Of a stretch of DNA of 64,000 nt, positions 8,871 through 18,693 are shown piece after piece. Position numbers and translations under genes: made by a program. The notes below the pieces were generated by a model. It was not told the origin of the DNA and ran no database searches. It worked only from the letters and a program-made list of their open reading frames with translations. How positions within the stretch are numbered: position 1 is the stretch's first letter; every line of letters begins with the position of its first letter. The DNA is from an uncultured Lachnospiraceae bacterium (lineage in GTDB: Bacteria > Bacillota > Clostridia > Lachnospirales > Lachnospiraceae), in the NCBI GenBank assembly GCA_947630805.1, contig CANRIV010000008.1, positions 4,458 through 68,457 on the forward strand, written 5' to 3'.

Positions 8871-10214
8871 CTATTTGTATACTCTTACGTAATCAATATA
8901 ATAATAATCTTCCCATGTCTGAACTCCGCCGGAATTGGAAACCAGATTCCAGTCTTTTGTTGAAATCTGTCCTGCTGCATTTCCTCCGATTGCACAGTTG
9001 AGAATAAAGAAGAATGGATGGTTAAATACCCAGCACTGGTTGTAGATTGTTGGGCTATACATCGTTGGATCATAAGTTCCTACTTCTCTTCCATCAACAG
9101 AGAACTTGATATATGTGTCCGTCCACTCTGCGGCATAGGAATGATATGCTGATGCACACTGTGCCTGTGTCAATCCGGTAGTATAATACTTATTTCCATG
9201 AGAATTAGAAGAATTATTGAAGTATGGACAATGGATTGTCTGTGGCACTCCACCATTCATTGCTTCCAGAATATCAATTTCTCCACATGCAGGCCATGTT
9301 CCTCCTGTGCTTCCAAGCATCCAGCCGGCTGACCATGTTCCCTGGCCCTTTGCTGATTTTGCTCTAATTTCCATTTTTCCATAGGTAAACTCTTTCTTTC
9401 CTGCAGTTTTAATTCTTGTGGAAGTATATTTTGTACCTGATGATGATATTTCCATTCTTGGAATAATTACCAGATTACCATTTTCAAACTTAATGTTTTT
9501 ACCTGCAGTGTACTCCTGAGGCTCCTGATTTCCCCATCCGGTAGCTCCGGTCTCATAAGTCCACACACTGGTATCCAGACTATTTCCATTGAATTCATCG
9601 GACCACTCCAGTTTCCATGTCTTAACGCTGAGCTGGTCGCTTGCCTTAGAATAAGATTCACTTAATAAAGTTTTCTTGCCTGATTTTGCATAAGCTTTCA
9701 CTTTAAAGTAAACATTATATCCCATTGGAAGATTGGAAACGGTAGCAGATTTCTTTTTGGCTCCCTTTACTGTTTTTACTTTTTTATATTTTCCGTTTTT
9801 CTTTGTCGCTGTGTAAATGTAATATCCGGAAGCTCCTTTTGCAGCCTTCCATGTCACTTTTGCTGAAGTCTGAGATGTCAATACGACAGAACTTACTTTG
9901 ACATTGGCAGGTACAACTTTTACCGTACACTTTGCAGAGCTTGATCCAACTTTTACTGTAATCTTACAGGTACCGGCTTTCTTTGCCTTTACCTTACCGC
10001 TACTGCTTACAGTAGCAATTTTTTTATTGCTGGTTGAAAATTTAGCACCTTTCTGTTTTACGTAAATCTTATCTGTCTTTCCGACTACGATGGTCATTTT
10101 CTTTCCGGACTGAATTTTAACTGCTGCACTCACTTTTCCAGGATTCACAGCAGACAATCCTGCAACCATCGCAATCGCAACTACGATAGCTGTAAATTTT
10201 TTTAATCCTTTCAT
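8871..10214 (-). CDS. Secreted GH16 endo-beta-1,3(4)-glucanase with N-terminal Ig-like and FN3 modules
   Basis: Signal peptide; SSNKKIATV-like Big_2 motif (FSTSNKKIATVSSSGKVKAKKAG); FN3 (VTWKAAKGASGYYIY); GH16 WSDEF, FTYGKMEIRAK, WPACGEIDILE catalytic motif, YIDYVRVY. Confidence 0.92.
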   Translation of the reverse strand: MKGLKKFTAIVVAIAMVAGLSAVNPGKVSAAVKIQSGKKMTIVVGKTDKIYVKQKGAKFSTSNKKIATVSSSGKVKAKKAGTCKITVKVGSSSAKCTVKVVPANVKVSSVVLTSQTSAKVTWKAAKGASGYYIYTATKKNGKYKKVKTVKGAKKKSATVSNLPMGYNVYFKVKAYAKSGKKTLLSESYSKASDQLSVKTWKLEWSDEFNGNSLDTSVWTYETGATGWGNQEPQEYTAGKNIKFENGNLVIIPRMEISSSGTKYTSTRIKTAGKKEFTYGKMEIRAKSAKGQGTWSAGWMLGSTGGTWPACGEIDILEAMNGGVPQTIHCPYFNNSSNSHGNKYYTTGLTQAQCASAYHSYAAEWTDTYIKFSVDGREVGTYDPTMYSPTIYNQCWVFNHPFFFILNCAIGGNAAGQISTKDWNLVSNSGGVQTWEDYYYIDYVRVYK

Positions 10215-10222
10215 GTTTCCTC

Positions 10223-11179
10223 CTATTCACCCGTAATACCGGTGTTTTCAATACCTTGTATAAACTGCTTTTGTACTAAAGCATATAAAATCAACAATGG
10301 CGCAATCGCTATCAGAGTGGCCGCCATTCTATTTGCTTCGTTGACTGCATTTCCAGTTCCGCTCGCTGCTCCATTGTCAAATAATGCCAGTTTTCCCGGA
10401 AGCAGTTCTAACGCATCACCGAGCATAATGTTTGTTGTATAAGTCTCGTTCCAGTTAAATACGAAAGAAAACAGAAATACAACAAGTATTGTTGCCATAG
10501 ATAAACGGATTGCTACATGATAAAAAACTTTTATCGAGCCCGCACCATCAATCATGGCAGCCTCATCCAGTGATTTTGGTATCATATTAAAGAAATTGTA
10601 GAATATCAAAATCAACATCGTAGAATAAGTTCCCTGTCCCAGTAACGACATTAAGAACTGTGGCACAACAGAGTTAATCAGTTTGATTCCGATAATGTTC
10701 TCAAATGTACCAAATAAAATGATTCGTGGTACGGTAAGAAGTGGTACCGGAAGAATAAATGCCACGATAAGCATCACAAACCACAAGTTGTGACCCCGGA
10801 ATGTATAACGGGATAATGCAAATCCTGTGGTGGCGGACACTGCTGTCTGTGCCACTGCCAGTAATGCTGAAAATCCAATCGAGTTAATCAGGGACGTTGG
10901 AATATTCAACGTAGATATTGCATTTTTAAAGTTCTCCAATGTAGCATGCTTTGCAATCCATGTGATGGATGGATCAATTAAGTCCTTAGAGGTCATAATT
11001 GACTTGGACACCATTTCAAAAATAGGCTCCAGGAATATAAATCCAATACATATCAACAAAAAGTATATTGCTACTTTGGAAACAATCTGAACTATTTTCA
11101 GTTTCTTTAATTTGGCAAAGTTGATTTTCTTTACAGATGACAAACCAATTTTCTTTGCACTAATATTTTTATTTGCCAT
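10223..11179 (-). CDS. Carbohydrate ABC permease (MalG-like), second pair
   Basis: Six TM segments, SLDEAAMIDGA EAA loop, FSFVFNWNE motif. Confidence 0.9.
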   Translation of the reverse strand: MANKNISAKKIGLSSVKKINFAKLKKLKIVQIVSKVAIYFLLICIGFIFLEPIFEMVSKSIMTSKDLIDPSITWIAKHATLENFKNAISTLNIPTSLINSIGFSALLAVAQTAVSATTGFALSRYTFRGHNLWFVMLIVAFILPVPLLTVPRIILFGTFENIIGIKLINSVVPQFLMSLLGQGTYSTMLILIFYNFFNMIPKSLDEAAMIDGAGSIKVFYHVAIRLSMATILVVFLFSFVFNWNETYTTNIMLGDALELLPGKLALFDNGAASGTGNAVNEANRMAATLIAIAPLLILYALVQKQFIQGIENTGITGE

Positions 11180-12281
11180 ATAACTTTGCCTCCTTTGCCT
11201 GATGTCTTCTCTGGGCAGCTAATCTCTTCTGCTGCTGCTTTTCCAGTTTCTTCAGTTTCTTTTCCTGTTTCTGTCTTGCCTTGATATCTTTTGGTTTTCT
11301 GTCTTTGAAGAGAAGGAATACAATTCCTACGATAATCAAAACGACAATACTGTAAATCCATGCGTATGTGGCGGCATAACCCAGTCCGCTTCCGGTCTCA
11401 CCGGTTTTTTCTTCAATTAACTTATAAACCGGGTTGATGGAATTGAACATACCAATCTGGATTACTGTAAATACAGTGATAATCAATCCTATCTGTTTTA
11501 ACATTGGTATTGTAATCTTCCACATAATCTGCCAAGCATTGGCGGAGTCAATTTTTGCCGCTTCATAAATGCTTGGATTAATTTTCTGTAAACCGTTGAT
11601 AAACAATACAATCGGAATACCGGTAAACCAGAGAATAATGGATAACTGGTCAAATATGTCTGCAAGCCCTGTCGCCAATGCCGGCGAATAACTATGTATA
11701 ATCTGCATGATGAAAATATTGGAGTAAGCATTCGTTTTCATCACGGCTTCCGACACCTGCTCTGCAGCCGTTTCTGCTGCATTTTCTACCGCTAATATCT
11801 GTGTCATGACAGGACCGGACATAATAACTACCGGAAGGAAATAAATTGTTCTCAGAATTCCCTTTCCTGTTTTAATCTTACATAACAGGTATGCGATGAT
11901 AAATGATAATACAACTACAATACATGTATAAGGTACAATCATTTTCAGGTATTCCAGCAGCGCCGGAAGAAATTCCGTATTCTTTACGAACGCTTCAATG
12001 TAATTGGAAATACCTGTAAAGTCAATCTCGTATCCGAGTGTTGTCTTTTTTACATTTGTAAAACTCAAATAAATTGTAAATACAAATGGGAATAAGGTAA
12101 ACAATGCAAAACCTAAAATCCAAGGAGCCATGAACATATATCCTGTTCTGTCCTGTCTCTGCTGATAGGTACGCATCTTTTTCTTCTTCACTTTTTTCTC
12201 CTTCGTCAAAGCTGTAGTAGTCTCTGACGCTGTAGTAGTTTCTGGAGTTGTTACTGCTGCTTTTTTCTTGTCTTCAGCCAT
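11169..12281 (-). CDS. Carbohydrate ABC permease (MalF-like), second pair, with extended charged termini
   Basis: YMFMAPWILGF, RTIYFLPVV, SIYEAAKIDSA (EAA Gly replaced by Ser), basic C-terminal tail. Confidence 0.88.
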   Translation of the reverse strand: MAEDKKKAAVTTPETTTASETTTALTKEKKVKKKKMRTYQQRQDRTGYMFMAPWILGFALFTLFPFVFTIYLSFTNVKKTTLGYEIDFTGISNYIEAFVKNTEFLPALLEYLKMIVPYTCIVVVLSFIIAYLLCKIKTGKGILRTIYFLPVVIMSGPVMTQILAVENAAETAAEQVSEAVMKTNAYSNIFIMQIIHSYSPALATGLADIFDQLSIILWFTGIPIVLFINGLQKINPSIYEAAKIDSANAWQIMWKITIPMLKQIGLIITVFTVIQIGMFNSINPVYKLIEEKTGETGSGLGYAATYAWIYSIVVLIIVGIVFLLFKDRKPKDIKARQKQEKKLKKLEKQQQKRLAAQRRHQAKEAKLYGK

Positions 12282-14800
12282 TATTTAACACCTCCTTCTA
12301 AAACCTGGGCACTCATTGGAGCCACCGTTGTACCGCCTACAGTTACTTCTTCTTCTGTATAATTGATGACAATACTGCGTTTTGATCCATCTTTTGAATA
12401 ATTATTGCATATAATGCCATCCTGTAATACTTTTCTTCCATCCCACTGATATCCTATTACCTGGGAAAGTGGGGTGTTTACTGTATTGTATATAGTCTGT
12501 ACCAGCTCTTCATACTGCTCAAACTCTGTAGAATAATAATCCGAAGAAGTTGTAGCAGCCAACAGGTACGATGGCTCTTTTGTCAGAACAAAGGATGGTG
12601 AAATATTATAATCTATCATTCTCAGCATATCTGTCTGGGAATAGAAAGAGAAGTTCGCATATGGCGCATATACTTCCATTGTTCCGTAAAGCACCATCTG
12701 AAGGAATGGCACAGTGTCTGTCTCATATACGTATTGGGACGTTCCAACCGGTGACTGCAGGTATCGGTCTGTATATTTCCACAAATACTGATTTGGATTT
12801 ACCAGATTTACTTTTGTGCCTGCCTTCTTTATTTTTTCTATTTCTGTCTGGTACATCTTAATTGCCTGTGAAACTGTAGAATCCACACCATCACTGCTGT
12901 AGGAACTTACTAATACATTGGATGCACCTTCTATTGTAAATGACTTACTTAAATCTCCCAGATCTTCGTACAAATCAGAAATCCACTGAGCCGTTTTCTT
13001 TGGCGTAGCATATCCATACTCTGTAACCGGTACATTTTCCGGCAATACTCCGGATTTATTTACTTCTAGATACTGTGTATTCATATGCTTTGCTGCCGTT
13101 CCATAATATCCTACCATGTCTTCATTGATTGTCGTAAATTCTCTTGAGAAAGATATATCAATATTTTTCTTCTGGAACTCAGCCATCAAATCTTCAAAAT
13201 CACTCTTCTTTCCGATATTCGCTGAGAAATGAGTGCTGTTTGGTTTGGAGAGCGTCTGTCCGCCGCTCTGCCAGCCGATAATTCCTGAATTGATATTTTT
13301 TACTCCGTCATCCACCAGCTTGTTTAATATATTTCTCACATCATCTGCTGTAGTGACAACGACTTCCTGTGTAGAGAATACACCTTTTTTGGAATCTGAC
13401 ATCAGGAAATCAATCCGGATTGGAATATTTTCACCTTTCTCCTGCATTTCTGTCAGTGTTCCATTATCAATCAGATGCTGTCTGTAAGCTTTTGCCATAC
13501 CCGCATAATCTGCAGATGGCTTTCCATCGCTTCCGTCCCCACTGAGGAACTGATAGGTCATGGATATATCATATTTATTTGGATTGTCCTGAATCTTACG
13601 ATAAGATTCTCCTGCCTGGTTAATTACCTGATAAAATGCAGAATTAAATTTAAATGCAGGATATGCGTAAGTATATCTCATTTCTCCTTCTGCCGTGGAA
13701 GCAGGTGTCGCATTAATCGACATATATTCATCGCCGCTGTCTGCGTATGCCACAAATGCCGCCTGTGTACCATCACCATGGGAGATACCGAATACCGGCA
13801 TCGTTGGGTTTTTCAGTGGTACGACATCACTCATAGAAGAATAATATACGGATTGGATGGAAGGATCCTGTCCATAAACGCTTCCGGTATAACTGCTGAA
13901 TTTGGCTATATTTTCCGTAAATCTTACCAGGGCGCCGCTTCCGTCAGGAATTAATGCGTAACCCGGTGTAACTTTCTTTCCGGTCAATTTTACCCAGTCT
14001 TCTGCTTTTTTGTCATATGCCAGAGTAGCGCCGCCACTTGTTCCTAAGAACGGCGTGATCACAATGTTGGAAATCAGCCCTGTAGCGTCTCCTGTAATTT
14101 CTTCATATGGAATATCGTATTGAATGTTTCCATCTTCTCCAAAAGTAATATGTACATTAACGCCGAGTTCTTTATCTTCAATGTTGAATAAACATTTCAA
14201 AACATATTTTCCATTGGCGCTGTCTTCTTCTTCCATTCCTGAAGTTCCATCGTCCTCATCGTATGCAGCAGATGACACTCTCGTAGTGGTCATGCTGGTA
14301 CCTTCTCCCGTAAAATATTCTATTGTGATTAAGGAATTGGCAAAAGCTGCATACTGGTCATTGGCAAAAGAGGAATCCTTTGGCTCATTGGCAAGCGCTC
14401 TTACCTGTTCCGGTGTGATACCCAGTTCTTCTGCATAATCTTTCACTGCAGACGGATCATTGTCTTCCTTCGCACCGGCTACCACGTCATAAGCTTCTTC
14501 AATCTGGCTTGGCAGTGCAATATCTACACCTGTCTTCCAGATATATCCGCTTTTCGTATTTTCAATTAAAATAATATCTCTGTCATCACGGAAATAATAT
14601 TTGTAATCTCCTCTCTCACAGAGAAGTACATACGCGTTGCTCTTTTCAAGATGGGACGTTACCCTGTCCGGTGCAGGTCTTGTATCTCTGTTTGTGTTAA
14701 GAAACGCAGCTCCCACCGCTACGCCAAGTGAAAGGACACATAAGAGAGATACCACAAGTGCTGTTATTTTTAATTTACTATGCTTAGCTGCCTGTAACAT
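12281..14800 (-). CDS. DUF5696-like membrane-anchored extracellular protein (839 aa)
   Basis: One N-terminal hydrophobic anchor, acidic body; LIPDGSGALVRF and MPVFG segments and position between permease pairs match my recollection of DUF5696 proteins. Confidence 0.7.
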   Translation of the reverse strand: MLQAAKHSKLKITALVVSLLCVLSLGVAVGAAFLNTNRDTRPAPDRVTSHLEKSNAYVLLCERGDYKYYFRDDRDIILIENTKSGYIWKTGVDIALPSQIEEAYDVVAGAKEDNDPSAVKDYAEELGITPEQVRALANEPKDSSFANDQYAAFANSLITIEYFTGEGTSMTTTRVSSAAYDEDDGTSGMEEEDSANGKYVLKCLFNIEDKELGVNVHITFGEDGNIQYDIPYEEITGDATGLISNIVITPFLGTSGGATLAYDKKAEDWVKLTGKKVTPGYALIPDGSGALVRFTENIAKFSSYTGSVYGQDPSIQSVYYSSMSDVVPLKNPTMPVFGISHGDGTQAAFVAYADSGDEYMSINATPASTAEGEMRYTYAYPAFKFNSAFYQVINQAGESYRKIQDNPNKYDISMTYQFLSGDGSDGKPSADYAGMAKAYRQHLIDNGTLTEMQEKGENIPIRIDFLMSDSKKGVFSTQEVVVTTADDVRNILNKLVDDGVKNINSGIIGWQSGGQTLSKPNSTHFSANIGKKSDFEDLMAEFQKKNIDISFSREFTTINEDMVGYYGTAAKHMNTQYLEVNKSGVLPENVPVTEYGYATPKKTAQWISDLYEDLGDLSKSFTIEGASNVLVSSYSSDGVDSTVSQAIKMYQTEIEKIKKAGTKVNLVNPNQYLWKYTDRYLQSPVGTSQYVYETDTVPFLQMVLYGTMEVYAPYANFSFYSQTDMLRMIDYNISPSFVLTKEPSYLLAATTSSDYYSTEFEQYEELVQTIYNTVNTPLSQVIGYQWDGRKVLQDGIICNNYSKDGSKRSIVINYTEEEVTVGGTTVAPMSAQVLEGGVK

Positions 14801-16850
14801 TTCTTATAATCTCCTTTCCTACTGTTAATAAGAAGTCTGCCAACTGTTCCCACATGATAATTACTACAAGTACTACGATTGCTGCAATTAACATAAACGC
14901 TACTGTGATAATCAGACTAAGAACAGTACTCTTGAAATCGTAATCATGCACAGTTGAAAGTCCTTCAAATATGGTTGCAATACTCCAACCTACGCCAATA
15001 ATCATAATCACTGTAAGGATAAATGATTCATTGTATGTCAGTACATAAGACATTCCTATGGTAATCAGCATACATATCATCGCCGGAATACATCCATATG
15101 CCGGAATCATATATACCTGTTTTAATGTTCCATCACCGTCAGTAATCGATGTTACCAGATAATTACATACGATAAAGAGAATTAATATTGCAAAGAAACC
15201 TACAATAACGGCTCCCATATCCATATCTTCGACTTTCGTATACTGGTAAATAAATCCTTTTCCGGTCTGATAAAGCATATACACACCAAAGAATATAATA
15301 TATATAATCGTTGCTACCACTACCGAGCCGTTTTTATGAACTCTGATATCGTAATATCTGTCAATCGGATGTTTTGCACACTTAAAGGCGTATCCGATTT
15401 CTCCGATAATCGGCGTATTCTTTAATTTTTGGCCGATAGCTTTCTTCTTCTGTTTGATAACTTTATTTCTATCAACAAGTGTAATAACAATCTTTAATAA
15501 GATAAGAATGATAAGTACAATCAGCACTGTTCCCAACCACTTCTGGATAGATTCGTTTCTCACTTCCCAGAATGCGTCGGAATATCCGGAGCGGTTACCG
15601 GCAATTTCAAAATCTTCCATTGCCTTGTCATATACTTCATCATTGTAATATGCCTTTGCAACACCATTATGGGCCAGCACTGACATCTGATTCAGTCTTA
15701 ATACATAACTCCAGTCTTCCAGGGCCTCGTCATAATCACCATTTTCGTACTCCCGCAGAGCCTTATAGATTGTCGTTGCATATTCTGTCGGCGTAAAGGA
15801 CTGTAAAAATCCTTTCTTTCCATCTGCCGTCCAGATATTTCCTTCGTTGTCTATTGCGAGTGTTGTCAGAGATGAGAACAAACCTGAAATATCCGTATCC
15901 ATTGCCTGTTCACCCAGTGAGAAAATAACTTCTCCCGCATTTGTGTAAATCCAGATATAACCCTTGGAATCACTGGTATAAATAATACCATTGTCATCTG
16001 TCGTGACATCCGTCAGGGATTCTGAGGCGATTATGGCATTGTTAAACATATTTGTACCATCCGTACTATGTTTCTTTAACAAATCGTCCCCTACACCCAT
16101 ACACGTGGAATATGCTGTACCTTCTTTATCTACATAGATATTAGAAAATGTAGATGGCAGTGTGTTCAAAATCTCCGATTTCTTTTCCTGCTCTTTTGTG
16201 TAAATAATTTTGAGGAACATCTGCTGTGGGGTAAGTCGAGACTTGTTGGAAGTAAAATATCCTAAAAACTCACCCGTGTTCGCCAGCTGGATGACACCTG
16301 CATACACACCCTCGGAAACAATATATAAATTATTTCCACTGTCTACGGCAATTTTACTTGGCTCATAGTTCGTACCCGCAAAAATTGGTGCCGTAGGCTC
16401 ATCATACTGTCTTACGTATTGATAGTCTTTTGTGAATCTGTATACTGTTCTTGCTCCTGCATCTGCAATATACAGTTCTCCTTCATTTGTTCTGTAAATA
16501 CCTTTTGGTGTAGTAAATCCTTTGAAATCTTTTGATTGAATTGTCTCGCCACTCAATATCTTAATGATTTTTTCCGTATTCAAATCAAAAACCACGATTC
16601 TCTTATTACCGGTATCTACGATATATAAATGGTTATTTTCATCAATCACCATGTCTTCCGGATCGGTAAGTCCCAAATCCGTAATTGTTCTGTCCGGCAA
16701 ATATGCATCCTGTGTTCTAACCAGATTTTCCTGGTCATCCAGCGTATAAGTATAGCTTGTCGCCTGTGAAGCGGCTACAGGAAGCACTGACATCACTACA
16801 AATATCAATGCCAGAAGCAAAACCAATGATTTTTTCCATAATTTCTTCAT
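14784..16850 (-). CDS. NHL/beta-propeller + TPR + Yip1-like multi-pass membrane protein (688 aa)
   Basis: Signal peptide; NHL-like blades (DPEDMVIDENNHLYIVDTGNKRI, TPKGIY...ELYIADAG, EPSKIAVDSGNNLYIV); TPR-like helices (AHNGVAKAYY); one TM, then five C-terminal TMs. Confidence 0.75.
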   Translation of the reverse strand: MKKLWKKSLVLLLALIFVVMSVLPVAASQATSYTYTLDDQENLVRTQDAYLPDRTITDLGLTDPEDMVIDENNHLYIVDTGNKRIVVFDLNTEKIIKILSGETIQSKDFKGFTTPKGIYRTNEGELYIADAGARTVYRFTKDYQYVRQYDEPTAPIFAGTNYEPSKIAVDSGNNLYIVSEGVYAGVIQLANTGEFLGYFTSNKSRLTPQQMFLKIIYTKEQEKKSEILNTLPSTFSNIYVDKEGTAYSTCMGVGDDLLKKHSTDGTNMFNNAIIASESLTDVTTDDNGIIYTSDSKGYIWIYTNAGEVIFSLGEQAMDTDISGLFSSLTTLAIDNEGNIWTADGKKGFLQSFTPTEYATTIYKALREYENGDYDEALEDWSYVLRLNQMSVLAHNGVAKAYYNDEVYDKAMEDFEIAGNRSGYSDAFWEVRNESIQKWLGTVLIVLIILILLKIVITLVDRNKVIKQKKKAIGQKLKNTPIIGEIGYAFKCAKHPIDRYYDIRVHKNGSVVVATIIYIIFFGVYMLYQTGKGFIYQYTKVEDMDMGAVIVGFFAILILFIVCNYLVTSITDGDGTLKQVYMIPAYGCIPAMICMLITIGMSYVLTYNESFILTVIMIIGVGWSIATIFEGLSTVHDYDFKSTVLSLIITVAFMLIAAIVVLVVIIMWEQLADFLLTVGKEIIRNVTGS

Positions 16851-16862
16851 AAATTTGCCTCC

Positions 16863-17732
16863 TTACTTGATACCCGAATGACTCATTGTGTTCATAACCT
16901 TAGACTGCATCGAAATGAATATGATTAAGTTTGGAACAAACATAATCAAGTTGGCCGCCGCGACCATACCGGATGCTGCCACCGCGTTATTAACACCAAT
17001 CGAGTTTACGTAATATGTCAATGTCCTTAGAGTTTCATTCGTTATGTAATTGTTTGAAGTCTCCACGTTCTGCCATACCTGCTGGAACGTCAGCACTACC
17101 GATGTGGCAAGTGCAGGTTTCGTCAACGGAATAATTACTTTTCTCAAAATCGTAACATCTCCTGCGCCATCTACAACTGCCGCTTCAATCAGTGCATCCG
17201 GAATACCGTCAACGAACTGTTTTACGAGGAACAGTCCTACCGGCATTGCAATCAGCGGAAGAATATGTGCAAACCATGTATTGTAAGCGCCAATCTTAAC
17301 AATAATCAGATATCTTGGAATTGCCACTGCTGTTGCTACGAACATCAGTGCCATCTGGTTTACTTCCCACAAAGCGCCTTTAATTTTAAATTTCTTTTTA
17401 GAGAAAACATAAGCCGCCATAATGGTAATAATTAAGTTTAATACAACGGTCAGTACCGTTACAATAACGGAATTTAACAGATATCTTGACATTGGGATAC
17501 CTGTAGAGCCCGCCAGATTCATCAAATTCTTAAAATTGTCTAACGTAGGATTCTGCACAAAAAGCGTTGGTGGGAATCTAAACAATTCACCAAGAGGCTT
17601 AAACGCATTGTTTATCAAATATACTACCGGAAGGATCATAAATATTGACAAAGGAAATGCGATAATATGAAATTTAATCTGACTCGAAGAAAATCTGGAT
17701 GGATTAATTCTGTTACCTTGAAAATTTGCCAT
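16863..17732 (-). CDS. Carbohydrate ABC permease (MalG-like), first pair
   Basis: NAFKPLGELFRFPP, ALIEAAVVDGA EAA loop, six TMs. Confidence 0.92.
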   Translation of the reverse strand: MANFQGNRINPSRFSSSQIKFHIIAFPLSIFMILPVVYLINNAFKPLGELFRFPPTLFVQNPTLDNFKNLMNLAGSTGIPMSRYLLNSVIVTVLTVVLNLIITIMAAYVFSKKKFKIKGALWEVNQMALMFVATAVAIPRYLIIVKIGAYNTWFAHILPLIAMPVGLFLVKQFVDGIPDALIEAAVVDGAGDVTILRKVIIPLTKPALATSVVLTFQQVWQNVETSNNYITNETLRTLTYYVNSIGVNNAVAASGMVAAANLIMFVPNLIIFISMQSKVMNTMSHSGIK

Positions 17733-17748
17733 TTATTTCTCCTCCTTT

Positions 17749-18693
17749 CTAGTATTCATCTTTTTCTGTAAACAGTTTATTTGCTACTTTACTGCACAAC
17801 CACACTAACGCTAATAATGCAACAGATACTGCCGCTGCATATCCCATTTCGTAACGGACAAATGCATAGTCATCAATATGGTTTGCAATCAACTGTCCGG
17901 AATATTCCGGCGTTGGGTTTGCGCCTGCAAGGGCTACACCAATCCAGCCCATGTTGAACGCGTTTACAATCGCCATAACCGCACCGAATAACATCTGCGG
18001 TTTCATGGAAGGAACTGTAATGTAAATAATTTCCTGCGCCCTGTTCTTAATTCCGTCCACATATGCTGCTTCATATAATTCCTGATCAATGTTCATAATA
18101 CCGGAAAGCATAGACAAAAATCCGATACCCATGGATGACCATAAGGATACAAAAATCATAATCAGCATAAAGTAGTCCGAACTAATCAGCCATTGGATTG
18201 GCTGGCTTATAATACCGAGCTTCTGCAGATAAGCATTGGCAAGACCGCTCTGGTCGCCGGAAAAGATGGTTTTCCAGATAACCTGAATCATAAGCTGACC
18301 TACCATGGAAGGGGTATACATTGCCAGCGCATATAATGTTCTTGCCCTTGGTGTTACCTGAGCCAGTATCCATGCCATAATGAATGACAGGACATATCCG
18401 CCCACACCTACGACCAGCGCATACAATACTGTGTTCGGCAATACATATTTCATGAATACTTCATCCCCTGTAAGCAGTGTTATGAAGTTGTTCATTCCTG
18501 CAAAACTTGGTGTATTGATAACGTCAAAATATGTAAATCCCAAACCGATTGCTATTATAATAGGTAATAATATAAAGGTAAAAAACAATAATCCATAAGG
18601 GAGCATAAGCACAAATGAATGAAATGCTTCTGTCTGAAAGAATTTTTTACCTGTCCGGGCTTTTGCCGGTTTTACAGCAGCAGTACTACTCAT
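17749..18693 (-). CDS. Carbohydrate ABC permease (MalF-like), first pair
   Basis: MLPYGLLFFTF, ELYEAAYVDG EAA loop, GYAAAVSVAL. Confidence 0.92.
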   Translation of the reverse strand: MSSTAAVKPAKARTGKKFFQTEAFHSFVLMLPYGLLFFTFILLPIIIAIGLGFTYFDVINTPSFAGMNNFITLLTGDEVFMKYVLPNTVLYALVVGVGGYVLSFIMAWILAQVTPRARTLYALAMYTPSMVGQLMIQVIWKTIFSGDQSGLANAYLQKLGIISQPIQWLISSDYFMLIMIFVSLWSSMGIGFLSMLSGIMNIDQELYEAAYVDGIKNRAQEIIYITVPSMKPQMLFGAVMAIVNAFNMGWIGVALAGANPTPEYSGQLIANHIDDYAFVRYEMGYAAAVSVALLALVWLCSKVANKLFTEKDEY

